64,000 nt of DNA, taken from the NCBI GenBank assembly GCA_035547515.1, contig DASZUS010000045.1:171291-235290 (forward strand). The letters run 5' to 3'. A program made the translations under genes and the position numbers. This stretch comes from Mycobacteriales bacterium (GTDB lineage Bacteria; Actinomycetota; Actinomycetes; JAFAQI01). Positions 27,765-36,537 of the stretch are shown here, one piece after another. The first letter of the stretch is position 1. Every line of letters starts with the position of its first letter. The notes below the pieces were generated by a model that was not told the origin of the DNA, did no database searches, and was given only the letters and a program-made list of their open reading frames with translations.

Positions 27765-28970
27765 TCATCGAAGCCTCACCGACGTCGGCAGATGCGCAAA
27801 GCCCCGGACGTTGACCGAGTGCACCCGACGGGCATTCGCCTCGTCGACGTCGTACGAGCCGACCCGTGACACGAGCTGCTCGAGCACGACCTTGGCTTCG
27901 AGCCGCGCCAGTGACGCGCCGAGGCAGAAATGCCGCCCGGACCCGAAACTGAGCAGCTCGGAGGTGTCGCGGTCGAGGTCGTAACTGTCCGGGTCCGCGA
28001 ACACACTGTCGTCCCGGTTCGCCGACCCGATGAGCAGAAGAACCCGCGACGCGGCGGGGATCACCACACCGCGCACCGCCACCTCGGTCGTCGTGGTGCG
28101 CGCCAGCATCTGCGTCGAGTTGTCGTAGCGGAGGGTTTCCTCGACCCATGCGGCGACTGCGGACCGGTTGCCGAGCGGCTTCGCCAGCTCGGCCGGGTTG
28201 CGCCACCCCCAGTACCAGCAGTGGCCGAGCAGCTTGGTGGTGGTCTCGTTGCCGGCGACAACCATGAGGAACAGAAACGCGCCGAGCTCGTCATCGGTGA
28301 GCCGCTCGCCGTCGAGCTCGACCTCGAGCAGCGCGGATGTGAGGTCGTCACGCGGATGCTTGCGACGCCCGGCGATCAGGTCGAGGTAGTAGACCGCGAG
28401 GTCGATCGAAGCGGCCGCCGCCGCCTGCGGCACATCGAACACACCGTCGTCCCGGTGCACCACGACGTCAGCCAGCCGTCGCAGCTCGGCGCGATCCGCT
28501 TCAGGCACGCCGAGCAGCTCCGAGACGACATCCATCGGCACCTTGCCAGCGACGTCGTCGATGAAGTCGAAGCTGCCCTGCTCGAGCGCAGGCGCGAGAT
28601 GGCCGTCGGTGATCGCCCGGACTCTCGGCTCCAGGTCCTGCACGCGGCGTGGCGTGAAGCCTTTCGAGACCAGCCGGCGCATCCGGCCGTGGCGCGGTTC
28701 GTCCATCGCGAGGAACGACATCACCCTCGCGGCCTGCGGCCCGGTCGCGGCGGGATCCAGCGACACCCCGTCGGCGCTGGAGTACCGCTGATCGTCGCGA
28801 AACGCGGCAACGACGTCGGCATGCCGCGACAGCGCGTAGAAGCCATGCTCGTCGTTGCGGTACACCGGCGCGTGAGCCCGCAGCGCGGCGTACGTCGGGT
28901 AGGGATCCTCGTGAATCGCGTAGTCGTACGGGTCGTACGCCGGCACCAGCTCGCCGAGGTCCGCGGTCAT
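27765..28970 (-). CDS. Cytochrome P450 (CYP123-like position downstream of TetR, upstream of cyp51)
   Basis: Heme loop FGSGRHFCLGASLARLE, I-helix VVAGNETT; gene order matches the mycobacterial cyp123-cyp51 operon. Confidence 0.88.
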   Translation of the reverse strand: MTADLGELVPAYDPYDYAIHEDPYPTYAALRAHAPVYRNDEHGFYALSRHADVVAAFRDDQRYSSADGVSLDPAATGPQAARVMSFLAMDEPRHGRMRRLVSKGFTPRRVQDLEPRVRAITDGHLAPALEQGSFDFIDDVAGKVPMDVVSELLGVPEADRAELRRLADVVVHRDDGVFDVPQAAAAASIDLAVYYLDLIAGRRKHPRDDLTSALLEVELDGERLTDDELGAFLFLMVVAGNETTTKLLGHCWYWGWRNPAELAKPLGNRSAVAAWVEETLRYDNSTQMLARTTTTEVAVRGVVIPAASRVLLLIGSANRDDSVFADPDSYDLDRDTSELLSFGSGRHFCLGASLARLEAKVVLEQLVSRVGSYDVDEANARRVHSVNVRGFAHLPTSVRLR

Positions 28971-29548
28971 CGACGCTCCGTCATCAGTGCCGTGGCATCC
29001 GCCATCAGCGTCGGCAGTGCGTCGTACGTCGTGTAACCCATGCCGGCCGAAAGCAACGCCCCGACGAAGGTGAAGGTGAGCACCAGTGCCACCCGCGGGT
29101 CAGCGTCCGAGCCGAGCGCATCCGCGATCCGCCTGCCGATCGCGGCACCGATGCGGTCCCGGATCACCTGCACGTCGGCGTCGTGGGCGAGCAGCGCGGT
29201 CGTGATGCCCGCCGCTAGCTCGGGTTCGTCAGCGACCAGCAACGCAACGGCCTGCATCGCGTCCTGGACCCGCGCGGCGCCGCGCTGTCGGCGGCTCGGC
29301 TTCGGGAGGTCGAGGGCGTCCAGGCGGCGCCAGAACACCTCGCTGAGCAAGTGCTCCTTGCTTGCGAAGTACGTGTACGCAGTCGCCGGCGACACCCCCG
29401 CGCGGCGTGCCACCGCGCGCACCGTGAGCCCGTCGTACCCGGTCTCGGCGACTTCATGGACCGCCGCGTCGACCAGGGCAGCGACCGTGTCAGCCGCGCG
29501 ACCGGCGAGCGCACGCCGAGGTACCTCGGCAGCGGCCGAACTGGACAT
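28967..29548 (-). CDS. TetR family transcriptional regulator
   Basis: HTH VRAVARRAGVSPATAYTYFASKEHLL; 4-nt overlap with the P450 start. Confidence 0.85.
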   Translation of the reverse strand: MSSSAAAEVPRRALAGRAADTVAALVDAAVHEVAETGYDGLTVRAVARRAGVSPATAYTYFASKEHLLSEVFWRRLDALDLPKPSRRQRGAARVQDAMQAVALLVADEPELAAGITTALLAHDADVQVIRDRIGAAIGRRIADALGSDADPRVALVLTFTFVGALLSAGMGYTTYDALPTLMADATALMTERR

Positions 29549-29567
29549 GTGTCCAGACAGTAGACCG

Positions 29568-30824
29568 TCAGAGCGAGGTTGGGAAGGCCCGTCCGAAGCG
29601 GAACCGGGCGCCGGTGCTGATCTTGGCGATGCCGAGCTCCGGTGCTTCGGCGAGCGGCTGCCGGTCCGGGTCTATCCGTACCTCGTAGGCATGCAGCTCG
29701 CCGTCCCGCGGTGGGACCCGGGTGAGCAGCGCGTGGGGGTCGAACGCCGCGACCACCTGCGCAAGGGAGGCATCCGTGTCGGCGCCGAGCCCGCTGAACC
29801 AGGTGTAGACGTCCCCCTCGTGTGCGGCAGGACCGTCGGCGAAGCTCAGCCGGACCACGCCATGCTCCACCGTTACGGCAGCCGCGACGTAGCGCCGCGG
29901 CGCGAACATCGGATGCAGCGAGAGCATGGTCGCGAGCCCTTCGATCGTCTGCGGGAGCGCGAGGGCGTCCTTCAGCCGTTGCGCGGTCAACCCGCACCAG
30001 CCGGTGACCAAACGCGGTCGGATGGCCAGCACGCGCTCGGCTCCGAGCCGGCGGTCGACACTGGTCAGCAGGGCACGCAGCAGCAGGTGGCTCTGCAGCG
30101 CGAACTCATCCAATGCGACCACGAGCGCCGGCCGGGAGAAGTCCTCGAGCCGGAGCTCGGGATCGAACCCGCCGCTGTAGTCGGCCCTGCCAGGCCCGTC
30201 AGGCGCGCCCGGGGTCATGACATCGAGCTGTGCCGCCAACGACTCCGCGACCTCGGCCTCCAGCTCGTGCGGCTTCACGATCGCCGCGTCCTCGGTGATG
30301 TCGATGCGCCAGTGGCAGTGCGGGACCCGGTCGGCCGGGGTACGCGGCGGCCGGTGCAACGGCCGGATCGCAGCGCGCGGATTGGTCGCCGCCGCCGTCG
30401 CGTCGAAGGTCGGGTCCTCGATCGTGTGGCACATGCCATGCACGAACTCGACACCCATCGGCTCGACGTCCATCAGCGCTCCGCAGTGCGCGAGCCAGAA
30501 CTCCGCGTGGGCGGCGTCGACGATCCGGAACCTGAAGTCCATGAACTCGTGAGGTGCGCCGATATCGAGCTGGAGGTTCTTGCAGATCGTCTCGACGCCG
30601 TCGCCCGGAAAGCGCAGCGCGCGTTGCATTCGGCGCGAGTAGATCGGGCTCGCCGCCATCCACTCGTCGATCGCGATCTGTTGCATCAGCTCGCGGTCGG
30701 CGGTCTCCATCACCAACGCCATGCCGACGCGGTCCTGCAGATGCCCGTGCAACAGCCATTCACGTCCCAGGACCGCGAGCGTCGCCTGGTCGAGATCGGT
30801 GAGGTACGGCGCCGCCCTGGTCAC
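29568..30824 (-). CDS. Conserved hypothetical protein (418 aa) heading the P450 operon
   Basis: Long ORF with balanced composition and good codon bias; no family recognised by eye. Confidence 0.55.
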   Translation of the reverse strand: MTRAAPYLTDLDQATLAVLGREWLLHGHLQDRVGMALVMETADRELMQQIAIDEWMAASPIYSRRMQRALRFPGDGVETICKNLQLDIGAPHEFMDFRFRIVDAAHAEFWLAHCGALMDVEPMGVEFVHGMCHTIEDPTFDATAAATNPRAAIRPLHRPPRTPADRVPHCHWRIDITEDAAIVKPHELEAEVAESLAAQLDVMTPGAPDGPGRADYSGGFDPELRLEDFSRPALVVALDEFALQSHLLLRALLTSVDRRLGAERVLAIRPRLVTGWCGLTAQRLKDALALPQTIEGLATMLSLHPMFAPRRYVAAAVTVEHGVVRLSFADGPAAHEGDVYTWFSGLGADTDASLAQVVAAFDPHALLTRVPPRDGELHAYEVRIDPDRQPLAEAPELGIAKISTGARFRFGRAFPTSL

Positions 30825-30847
30825 GGATCCGGGACGCTAGTGGCCAC

Positions 30848-32245
30848 TCACTCCGCGAGCAAGCCGAGTACGCCGATGCCGACCAACGCGAGCATCGCGG
30901 GCGCCAGGCCCGCCGCCGAGGTGAAGACGAGGACCGTGACCGCCGTGCCCGCAGCGGTGCCCAGCCCGCGGGTCATGTTGAGCAGCCCGGCGACCGCGCC
31001 CGTCGTACCGGGCGGCGCCGCGACCATCAGGCTTCGGTTGTTCGCCGGGGTGAAGGAGCCGATGCCGACCCCGATCACGCCGAGCAGCACCGCCAGTCCC
31101 CAGCCGGTGGGCCGAGCCGCGGCCAGCGCTGCGAGCCCGACCACGGCGACGAGCAGGCCGCCGCGGGCAACCCGGCCCGGCGCGCGGTCCGCCAGGCGTC
31201 CCGCGACCGGAGCCACGATGCCGATGCCGATCGGGAGGGCGGTCACAAGGAGCCCGACGTTCGCGGTGTCGAGGTGCTGCGTCCGCGTGAGGAACAGCGG
31301 CACCGCCACCAGAGCGCCGAAGAGCACGGCGTAGCCGCACAACGCAGCGAACAGCCCGCGCCGCAGCCCGGGCGCCTCGATCACCACGCGCTGCACCAGC
31401 GGTGCGGCGGACCGGCGCTGATGACGCATCGCGACCACGCCGAGCACCAGCGCAGCCAGTCCGGCAGCGAGCGCCGACCAGGCCTGACCGGACCGAGTCG
31501 CCAGCGACATCGCCAGAAGCGCCAGACCGACGACCGGGATGAGCAGCGCGATGCCGATCGGGTCGATCCGGCGCGCCGGTGCCAGGTCACGGCTGCGCGG
31601 AAGCAACACCGCCCCGGTGATAAGCCCGACGACGCCGGCCGGCACGTTCACCAGGAACAGCAACCGCCAGCCGCCGACCGCCAGCAGGAGCCCGCCAAGC
31701 GCCGGACCGGCTGCCAGGCCGATCGCTTGTGCCGCCGCCTGCATGCCGACCATCCGGCCCAGCCGGGAGCGCGGCGCGATCGCCGCGATCAGCGCGACGC
31801 TGTTCGCCTGCATGAGCGCGGCGCCGACGGCCTGTACGACGCGGAACCCGCAGAGCAGCCCGAGGTCGGGCGCGAACGCGCAAGCCGCGCTGCCCACCGA
31901 GAAGACCGCGAAACCGCCGATGTAGAGCGACTTGCGCCCGACGGTGTCCGCCCAGGTCCCGATCGGGACGACCAGTGCGACGAGGGTGAGCACGTAGGTC
32001 AGCGACACCCACTCGACGGCGGCCACGCCGGCGTGCAGATCGTGGGACATGCGGGGAAGCGCGACGCTGACGATGCTCGTGTCGAGCTGACCCATGAACG
32101 CGCCGATGCACACGGTCGCGACGGCGAGCATCGGGGCCGAGGACGAGGTCGCAATGCGCCGCGGCCGCGCCGGCTCGAGCAGCTGGAGCAGGCGGTAGCC
32201 GGGCACGCCAGGGGGCGGGCCGAGCTGGGCCGTCTGCTGCATCAC
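30848..32245 (-). CDS. MFS transporter (DHA2/EmrB-like)
   Basis: 465 aa, 14 TM; divergent from the MarR gene. Confidence 0.88.
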   Translation of the reverse strand: MMQQTAQLGPPPGVPGYRLLQLLEPARPRRIATSSSAPMLAVATVCIGAFMGQLDTSIVSVALPRMSHDLHAGVAAVEWVSLTYVLTLVALVVPIGTWADTVGRKSLYIGGFAVFSVGSAACAFAPDLGLLCGFRVVQAVGAALMQANSVALIAAIAPRSRLGRMVGMQAAAQAIGLAAGPALGGLLLAVGGWRLLFLVNVPAGVVGLITGAVLLPRSRDLAPARRIDPIGIALLIPVVGLALLAMSLATRSGQAWSALAAGLAALVLGVVAMRHQRRSAAPLVQRVVIEAPGLRRGLFAALCGYAVLFGALVAVPLFLTRTQHLDTANVGLLVTALPIGIGIVAPVAGRLADRAPGRVARGGLLVAVVGLAALAAARPTGWGLAVLLGVIGVGIGSFTPANNRSLMVAAPPGTTGAVAGLLNMTRGLGTAAGTAVTVLVFTSAAGLAPAMLALVGIGVLGLLAE

Positions 32246-32261
32246 AGGTAATACTGTATCA

Positions 32262-32312
32262 GGACCTTTCTGCCTCCGGACTTCTCTGTGTCAGGACCTG
32301 ACTGTCGCCGTA
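32262..32312. promoter_or_regulatory. Candidate MarR operator repeats (TGTATCAGGACCTTTCTG / TGTGTCAGGACCTGACTG) in the AT-rich divergent MFS-MarR intergenic region
   Basis: Two near-identical 18-nt direct repeats, the second partially palindromic (GTCAGGACCTGAC). Confidence 0.35.
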
Positions 32313-32322
32313 CGATCCCGGA

Positions 32323-32787
32323 GTGCCCGCGCCACGCCGGTCGACGCCGGCCGACCTCGACGCTCTCGCCGACGTGGTGACCCGGCTGCGCCGGGCGCTG
32401 CGGCGGGTGGTGCGCAGCGACGTGCCGTTCGAGGCCCTCCCGATGGCGCAGATCGAGGTGATGCAGCTGCTCGCGGAGCGCCCCGGCCTGCGGGCGAGCG
32501 AGGTCGGCGAGGCCCTCTTGCTCGCACCGACGACGGTGAGCACGCTGATCGGGAGCCTGCTGGCGCAGGATCTGATCGACCGCCAGCCGGACCCGGCGGA
32601 CCGGCGGGCCTGGCGCCTGCTGCTGACCGCCGAGGGCGAGGCGCGGCTGGCCGACTGGCAGCAGTCGAACCGCCGCGTCATGCGGTCTGCCGCCGCACAC
32701 CTCGGTGGCGAGGATCTCGCCGCGTTACGCGACGCACTACCCGCGCTGAGCAAGCTCGTCGCGCACCTCGATAGCAACCGGCCATGA
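32323..32787 (+). CDS. MarR family transcriptional regulator
   Basis: Winged-HTH core LRASEVGEALLLAPTTVSTLIGSLLAQDLIDR; stop overlaps the crcB start. Confidence 0.85.
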   Translation: MPAPRRSTPADLDALADVVTRLRRALRRVVRSDVPFEALPMAQIEVMQLLAERPGLRASEVGEALLLAPTTVSTLIGSLLAQDLIDRQPDPADRRAWRLLLTAEGEARLADWQQSNRRVMRSAAAHLGGEDLAALRDALPALSKLVAHLDSNRP

Positions 32788-33203
32788 CGCTGCGGCAGCT
32801 CTGCGTCGTCTTCGCCGGCGGCGCGGTCGGCGGGCTGGCCCGCTACGAGGCCGTCACCCGGTGGGCGGCAGCGGCGGGCACCTTCCCGTGGTCGACCTTC
32901 GTCGTGAACACCGCCGGTGCGTTCGTGCTCGGGGCGCTGGTCGTCGTGGTCCTCGAGGTGCTCGGCCCCTCGACGTACACGCGACCGCTGTTCGGCGCCG
33001 GGTTCTGCGGAGCGCTGACGACCTTCAGCTCCGTGGTGGTGCAGTTCGACGAGCTCGCGGCGCATCGCCACCTGGGGCTCGGCTTCGGCTACCTCGGGTG
33101 CAGCGTGGTCGCGGGGTTGGCGGCGGCCGGTCTCGGCGTACGGCTCGCCCGGCGCCTGCCGCCGACCGCGTCGCGCCGCGCACTCCCCTCGGGGAGCAAC
33201 TGA
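32784..33203 (+). CDS. crcB: Fluoride ion channel CrcB/Fluc (paralog 1)
   Basis: Motif GFCGALTTFSS, 4-TM, 139 aa. Confidence 0.85.
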   Translation: MTLRQLCVVFAGGAVGGLARYEAVTRWAAAAGTFPWSTFVVNTAGAFVLGALVVVVLEVLGPSTYTRPLFGAGFCGALTTFSSVVVQFDELAAHRHLGLGFGYLGCSVVAGLAAAGLGVRLARRLPPTASRRALPSGSN

Positions 33204-33574
33204 TGGCGCTGGCTTGCCTGGTCGCGCTCGCGGCCGCCGCCGGCTCGGTCGCGCGTTACGCCATCGACATCGCGATCCAGCGCAACCACCACCGCACCGG
33301 CCTGCCGTGGGGAACCTTCGTCATCAACATGACCGGGTCGTTCGTCCTCGGCCTCGTGACCGGCCTGGCGGCTCATCACGGCCTGGGCGCCGATCCCACT
33401 GCGATCCTCGGGATCGGGCTGTGCGGCGGCTACACGACGTGGAGCGCCCTCACCTGGGAGACCTGGTCGCTCGCGGAGCAGGGCCGGCTGGGCGCAGCGA
33501 CGGCGAACGTCCTCGGAAGCCTCGCAGTCGGCGTCGCCGCGGGGGCGGCGGGGCTGGGCCTAGCTCTTCTTTAG
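33203..33574 (+). CDS. crcB: Fluoride ion channel CrcB/Fluc (paralog 2)
   Basis: Motif GLCGGYTTWSA, 4-TM; TGATG overlap with paralog 1, consistent with a heterodimeric Fluc. Confidence 0.85.
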   Translation: MALACLVALAAAAGSVARYAIDIAIQRNHHRTGLPWGTFVINMTGSFVLGLVTGLAAHHGLGADPTAILGIGLCGGYTTWSALTWETWSLAEQGRLGAATANVLGSLAVGVAAGAAGLGLALL

Positions 33575-33937
33575 GTGCGGCGGAACCAGGTGGTCGGGCA
33601 GGTCGTGCTCGACTCCTAGGTGCTCCTTGATGTGGTGCAGATGCGCCAACGCCTCGGCGTGCAGCTTCGAGGCGTGCATCGTGGTGAGTGACGTCGTCAG
33701 TAACGAGAAGGTCGCCGCGAACAGCGGGATCACGGTGAGCATCACCAGTACGGCGATGAACCGGCCGGTATGGGTGTGCGGGGTGATGTCGCCGTAGCCC
33801 ACGGTCGTCGCGGTGGTGACGGACCAGTAGAGCGCGCTCGGCACTGAGATGTTCTCGACTGCCGCGAACCAGATCGCGCCGAGCACGTCGCACCCGACCG
33901 CCGCGGCGATCGTGATGAGGGCCGCACGCCGGTTCAT
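33560..33937 (-). CDS. Minimal 2-TM potassium channel with His-rich C-terminal tail
   Basis: Selectivity filter TTVGYGD between two TM helices; 125 aa; tail has 8 His in 38 aa. Confidence 0.75.
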   Translation of the reverse strand: MNRRAALITIAAAVGCDVLGAIWFAAVENISVPSALYWSVTTATTVGYGDITPHTHTGRFIAVLVMLTVIPLFAATFSLLTTSLTTMHASKLHAEALAHLHHIKEHLGVEHDLPDHLVPPHLKKS

Positions 33938-34296
33938 GGCCGTGCCCGGGCAGCAAGCGCTGCCTCGTGAGCCGCATGAGCCTGCTCGACGCTGAGCGGG
34001 CCGGCATCAGGATGGTGCTTGCGGCAGAGCAGGTGCCCCGCGGCGGTCGGCCGCTTGAGCTGCATGCGCAGGCACCCCGGGATCTCGCAGTTGTGATGGC
34101 GGATCAGCAGAACCAGCCCACCAAGCAGCGGTACGTATCCCAGGATGATCGCGCCGGAGCCGGACTCGAACGCATACCAGCGGCTCGACTCGTCCTTCAC
34201 ACCGAGGACCTGCAGTATGTCGCCCCACCACACGACGAGGGCCGCCATCACCACGACCAGCACGGCGGCGGCGACCGCCAGAGCGCGTTTGGACAC
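33934..34296 (-). CDS. Membrane protein with Cys/His cluster (zinc-ribbon-like), translationally coupled to the K+ channel gene
   Basis: N-terminal TM helices; HHNCEIPGC...CRKHH cluster; ATGA overlap with the channel gene. Confidence 0.45.
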   Translation of the reverse strand: MSKRALAVAAAVLVVVMAALVVWWGDILQVLGVKDESSRWYAFESGSGAIILGYVPLLGGLVLLIRHHNCEIPGCLRMQLKRPTAAGHLLCRKHHPDAGPLSVEQAHAAHEAALAARARP

Positions 34297-34314
34297 GACC
34301 TCAAAGTAAGGCCG

Positions 34315-35097
34315 TCAGGCGGCAGCGGCGTGCATCTCCCAAACGAGGATCTCCGCGGCGTCGACGGCGGTGACGCGGCGCTGCCCGGCGGCGGTGAGCC
34401 GCGCCGCGTCTCCCTCGCCGAGCACCCCTGCAGCCTCGAGCTCGACCGAGCCGACCGGCACGAACAGGTGCACGTATGGCGCGTCCGGGATCTGGACCGC
34501 GTCACCGGGCTGCAGGCGCGCGGCGTACAGGGCTGCGTTGCGGTTGCCGATCCGGATCGCCGAGTCGCCCGCGTGCCGCGGCATCCCTGAGGCCACCGGC
34601 GCCAGCTTGCCGCGCAGTGCCTCGTCGGCGATCTCCAGCTGCTCGTAGCCCGGTGTGACGCCTGCGGAGTCGGGCAGCACCCACATCTGCACGAAGTGGA
34701 CCGGCTCGCCGGCGGGCGGCCCGTCGATTGCACGGGCGTCGTTCTTCTCCGAGTGGAGGATGCCGGTGCCGGCGCTCATCCGCTGCGCCAGCCCCGGATA
34801 AATGACTCCGTTGTTGCCGACCGAGTCCTGGTGGACCAGCGATCCTTGCAGGACCCACGTCACGATCTCCATGTCGCGATGCGGATGGGTCTCGAACCCG
34901 GTGCCCGCAGCCACGATGTCGTCGTTGTTGACCAGCAGCAGGCCGTGATGGGTGTTCGACGGGTCGTAGTGCGGCCCGAAGGAGAACGAGTGCTTCGAGT
35001 GCAGCCACGAGATCTCGGTCCGCGCCCGGTCAGCCGCCCGCCGTACCTCGACCTCCACCACAGCCTCCCAACCCAGCGTGATCTTGACGAAATGCAC
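34315..35097 (-). CDS. Pirin family protein
   Basis: Cupin motifs HPHRDMEIVTWVLQG and FQMWV. Confidence 0.88.
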   Translation of the reverse strand: MHFVKITLGWEAVVEVEVRRAADRARTEISWLHSKHSFSFGPHYDPSNTHHGLLLVNNDDIVAAGTGFETHPHRDMEIVTWVLQGSLVHQDSVGNNGVIYPGLAQRMSAGTGILHSEKNDARAIDGPPAGEPVHFVQMWVLPDSAGVTPGYEQLEIADEALRGKLAPVASGMPRHAGDSAIRIGNRNAALYAARLQPGDAVQIPDAPYVHLFVPVGSVELEAAGVLGEGDAARLTAAGQRRVTAVDAAEILVWEMHAAAA

Positions 35098-35132
35098 GCT
35101 ATGGCTCAGTTATTCCATGCGCTTCGTCAAGA

Positions 35133-36488
35133 TCACCGGGGTAGGAGGACTCCGGGATTGAGCAGGCCGTGCGGGTCGAGGGCATCCTTCAGGGCGCGCA
35201 TCACCGCAATCTCGGCGTCGGAGCGCGACAGGCTGAGGTACGCCGCCTTCGCCCGCCCGACACCGTGCTCGGCGCTGATCGACCCGCCGTAGCGCGACAC
35301 CAGCTTCAGCACCGCGGCTTCCACCGCGTCGTCGTCGTCCAGCGCGTTGAGCACGTTGACGTGGAGGTTGCCCTCGTTGACGTGGCCGAACAGGATCGTG
35401 CGCGCACCGGGCGCTGCCGCCTCGATCGCCGCCGGCAACTCCTCGACCGCCTCCGCGAACGCGGCGAGCGGGACCGCGACGTCGAGCTTCACCGGTACGC
35501 CATTGGCGTTGATCGACTCGGTGTGGGACTCCCGGTACTTCCACAGCGCGGCTCGCCCGCGTGCATCACTGGCGACCGTCGCGTCCAGGACGACCTCACC
35601 GGCTGCCTCGATCGCCGCGAGCAGCTCGTCCGACGGGTCGTCGCTCGCGGCGCACTCCAGTACGACGTACGCCGGGTGCTCCGCCGGGAACGGAGCCGGC
35701 AGCCCCGTGTGCTCCCGAACCATTGCAAGCCCGTCGGCGTAGAAGAGCTCGGCGGCCTCCAGGTCCGGCAACGCCCGCGCGGCGCGGACCAGGTCGACGG
35801 CCTCGCTCGTGCCGCCCACCGCGATCAGCGCGACCGCCCGCGCGGCATGCAGGGGATGCAGCCGCAGCCGCACCCGGGTCAGCACGCCGAGGGTTCCCTC
35901 GGCACCGGCCAGCAGGGACATCAGGTCATAGCCCGTGTTGTCCTTCGGCAGGCCGGCCAGGCGCGTGACGACTGATCCGTCCGGCATCACCGCCTCGACG
36001 CCCGCGACCTGCGCGCGCATCGTGCCGTACCTCAGGACCCGCTCCCCGCCGGCGTTGGTGGAGACCATCCCGCCGATCGTGCAGGACTCGCGCGCGGCGA
36101 AGTCCACGCCGACGTCGAAGCCGGCAGGCCGCACGGCTTCCTGCACCGACACCAGCGTGGCGCCCGCGCCGACGGTCACCTGCGCCGCGACCGGGTCGAC
36201 CGCCTCGATCGCTGCCATCCGCTTCGTGCTCAGCACGACGGCGCCCTCGACCGGCACCGAGCCGCCGACCAGGCCGGTGTTGCCGCCCTGCACGCACATG
36301 TGGACGCCGGCGTCACGACACGCGCCCACGACGGCAGCGGTCTCGGCGGTGTCGGCCGGACGGACGACCAACCGCGCCGATGCGCCGAAGCGGCCGGTCC
36401 AGTCCGACTCGTACGACGCGCGCAGGTCAGCGTCCACCAGGACGTGAGGCTCGCCGACGATCGAGACCAGGCGGTCCTCCAGCGTCAC
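35133..36488 (-). CDS. FAD-binding oxidase (D-lactate dehydrogenase/glycolate oxidase GlcD-like)
   Basis: 451 aa with FAD_binding_4 and FAD-oxidase C-terminal domains. Confidence 0.88.
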   Translation of the reverse strand: MTLEDRLVSIVGEPHVLVDADLRASYESDWTGRFGASARLVVRPADTAETAAVVGACRDAGVHMCVQGGNTGLVGGSVPVEGAVVLSTKRMAAIEAVDPVAAQVTVGAGATLVSVQEAVRPAGFDVGVDFAARESCTIGGMVSTNAGGERVLRYGTMRAQVAGVEAVMPDGSVVTRLAGLPKDNTGYDLMSLLAGAEGTLGVLTRVRLRLHPLHAARAVALIAVGGTSEAVDLVRAARALPDLEAAELFYADGLAMVREHTGLPAPFPAEHPAYVVLECAASDDPSDELLAAIEAAGEVVLDATVASDARGRAALWKYRESHTESINANGVPVKLDVAVPLAAFAEAVEELPAAIEAAAPGARTILFGHVNEGNLHVNVLNALDDDDAVEAAVLKLVSRYGGSISAEHGVGRAKAAYLSLSRSDAEIAVMRALKDALDPHGLLNPGVLLPR

Positions 36489-36537
36489 GTCCGTTCCCCC
36501 GCCTGCCGCCCGAACGCGCTGCCGGCTGTCGCGGCGA

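Noticed and set aside
29040-31334. 764-aa plus-strand ORF
   Set aside because: Antisense to the TetR, the 418-aa protein and the MFS transporter. It is an Arg/Ala/Ser/Pro-rich shadow ORF with no motifs.
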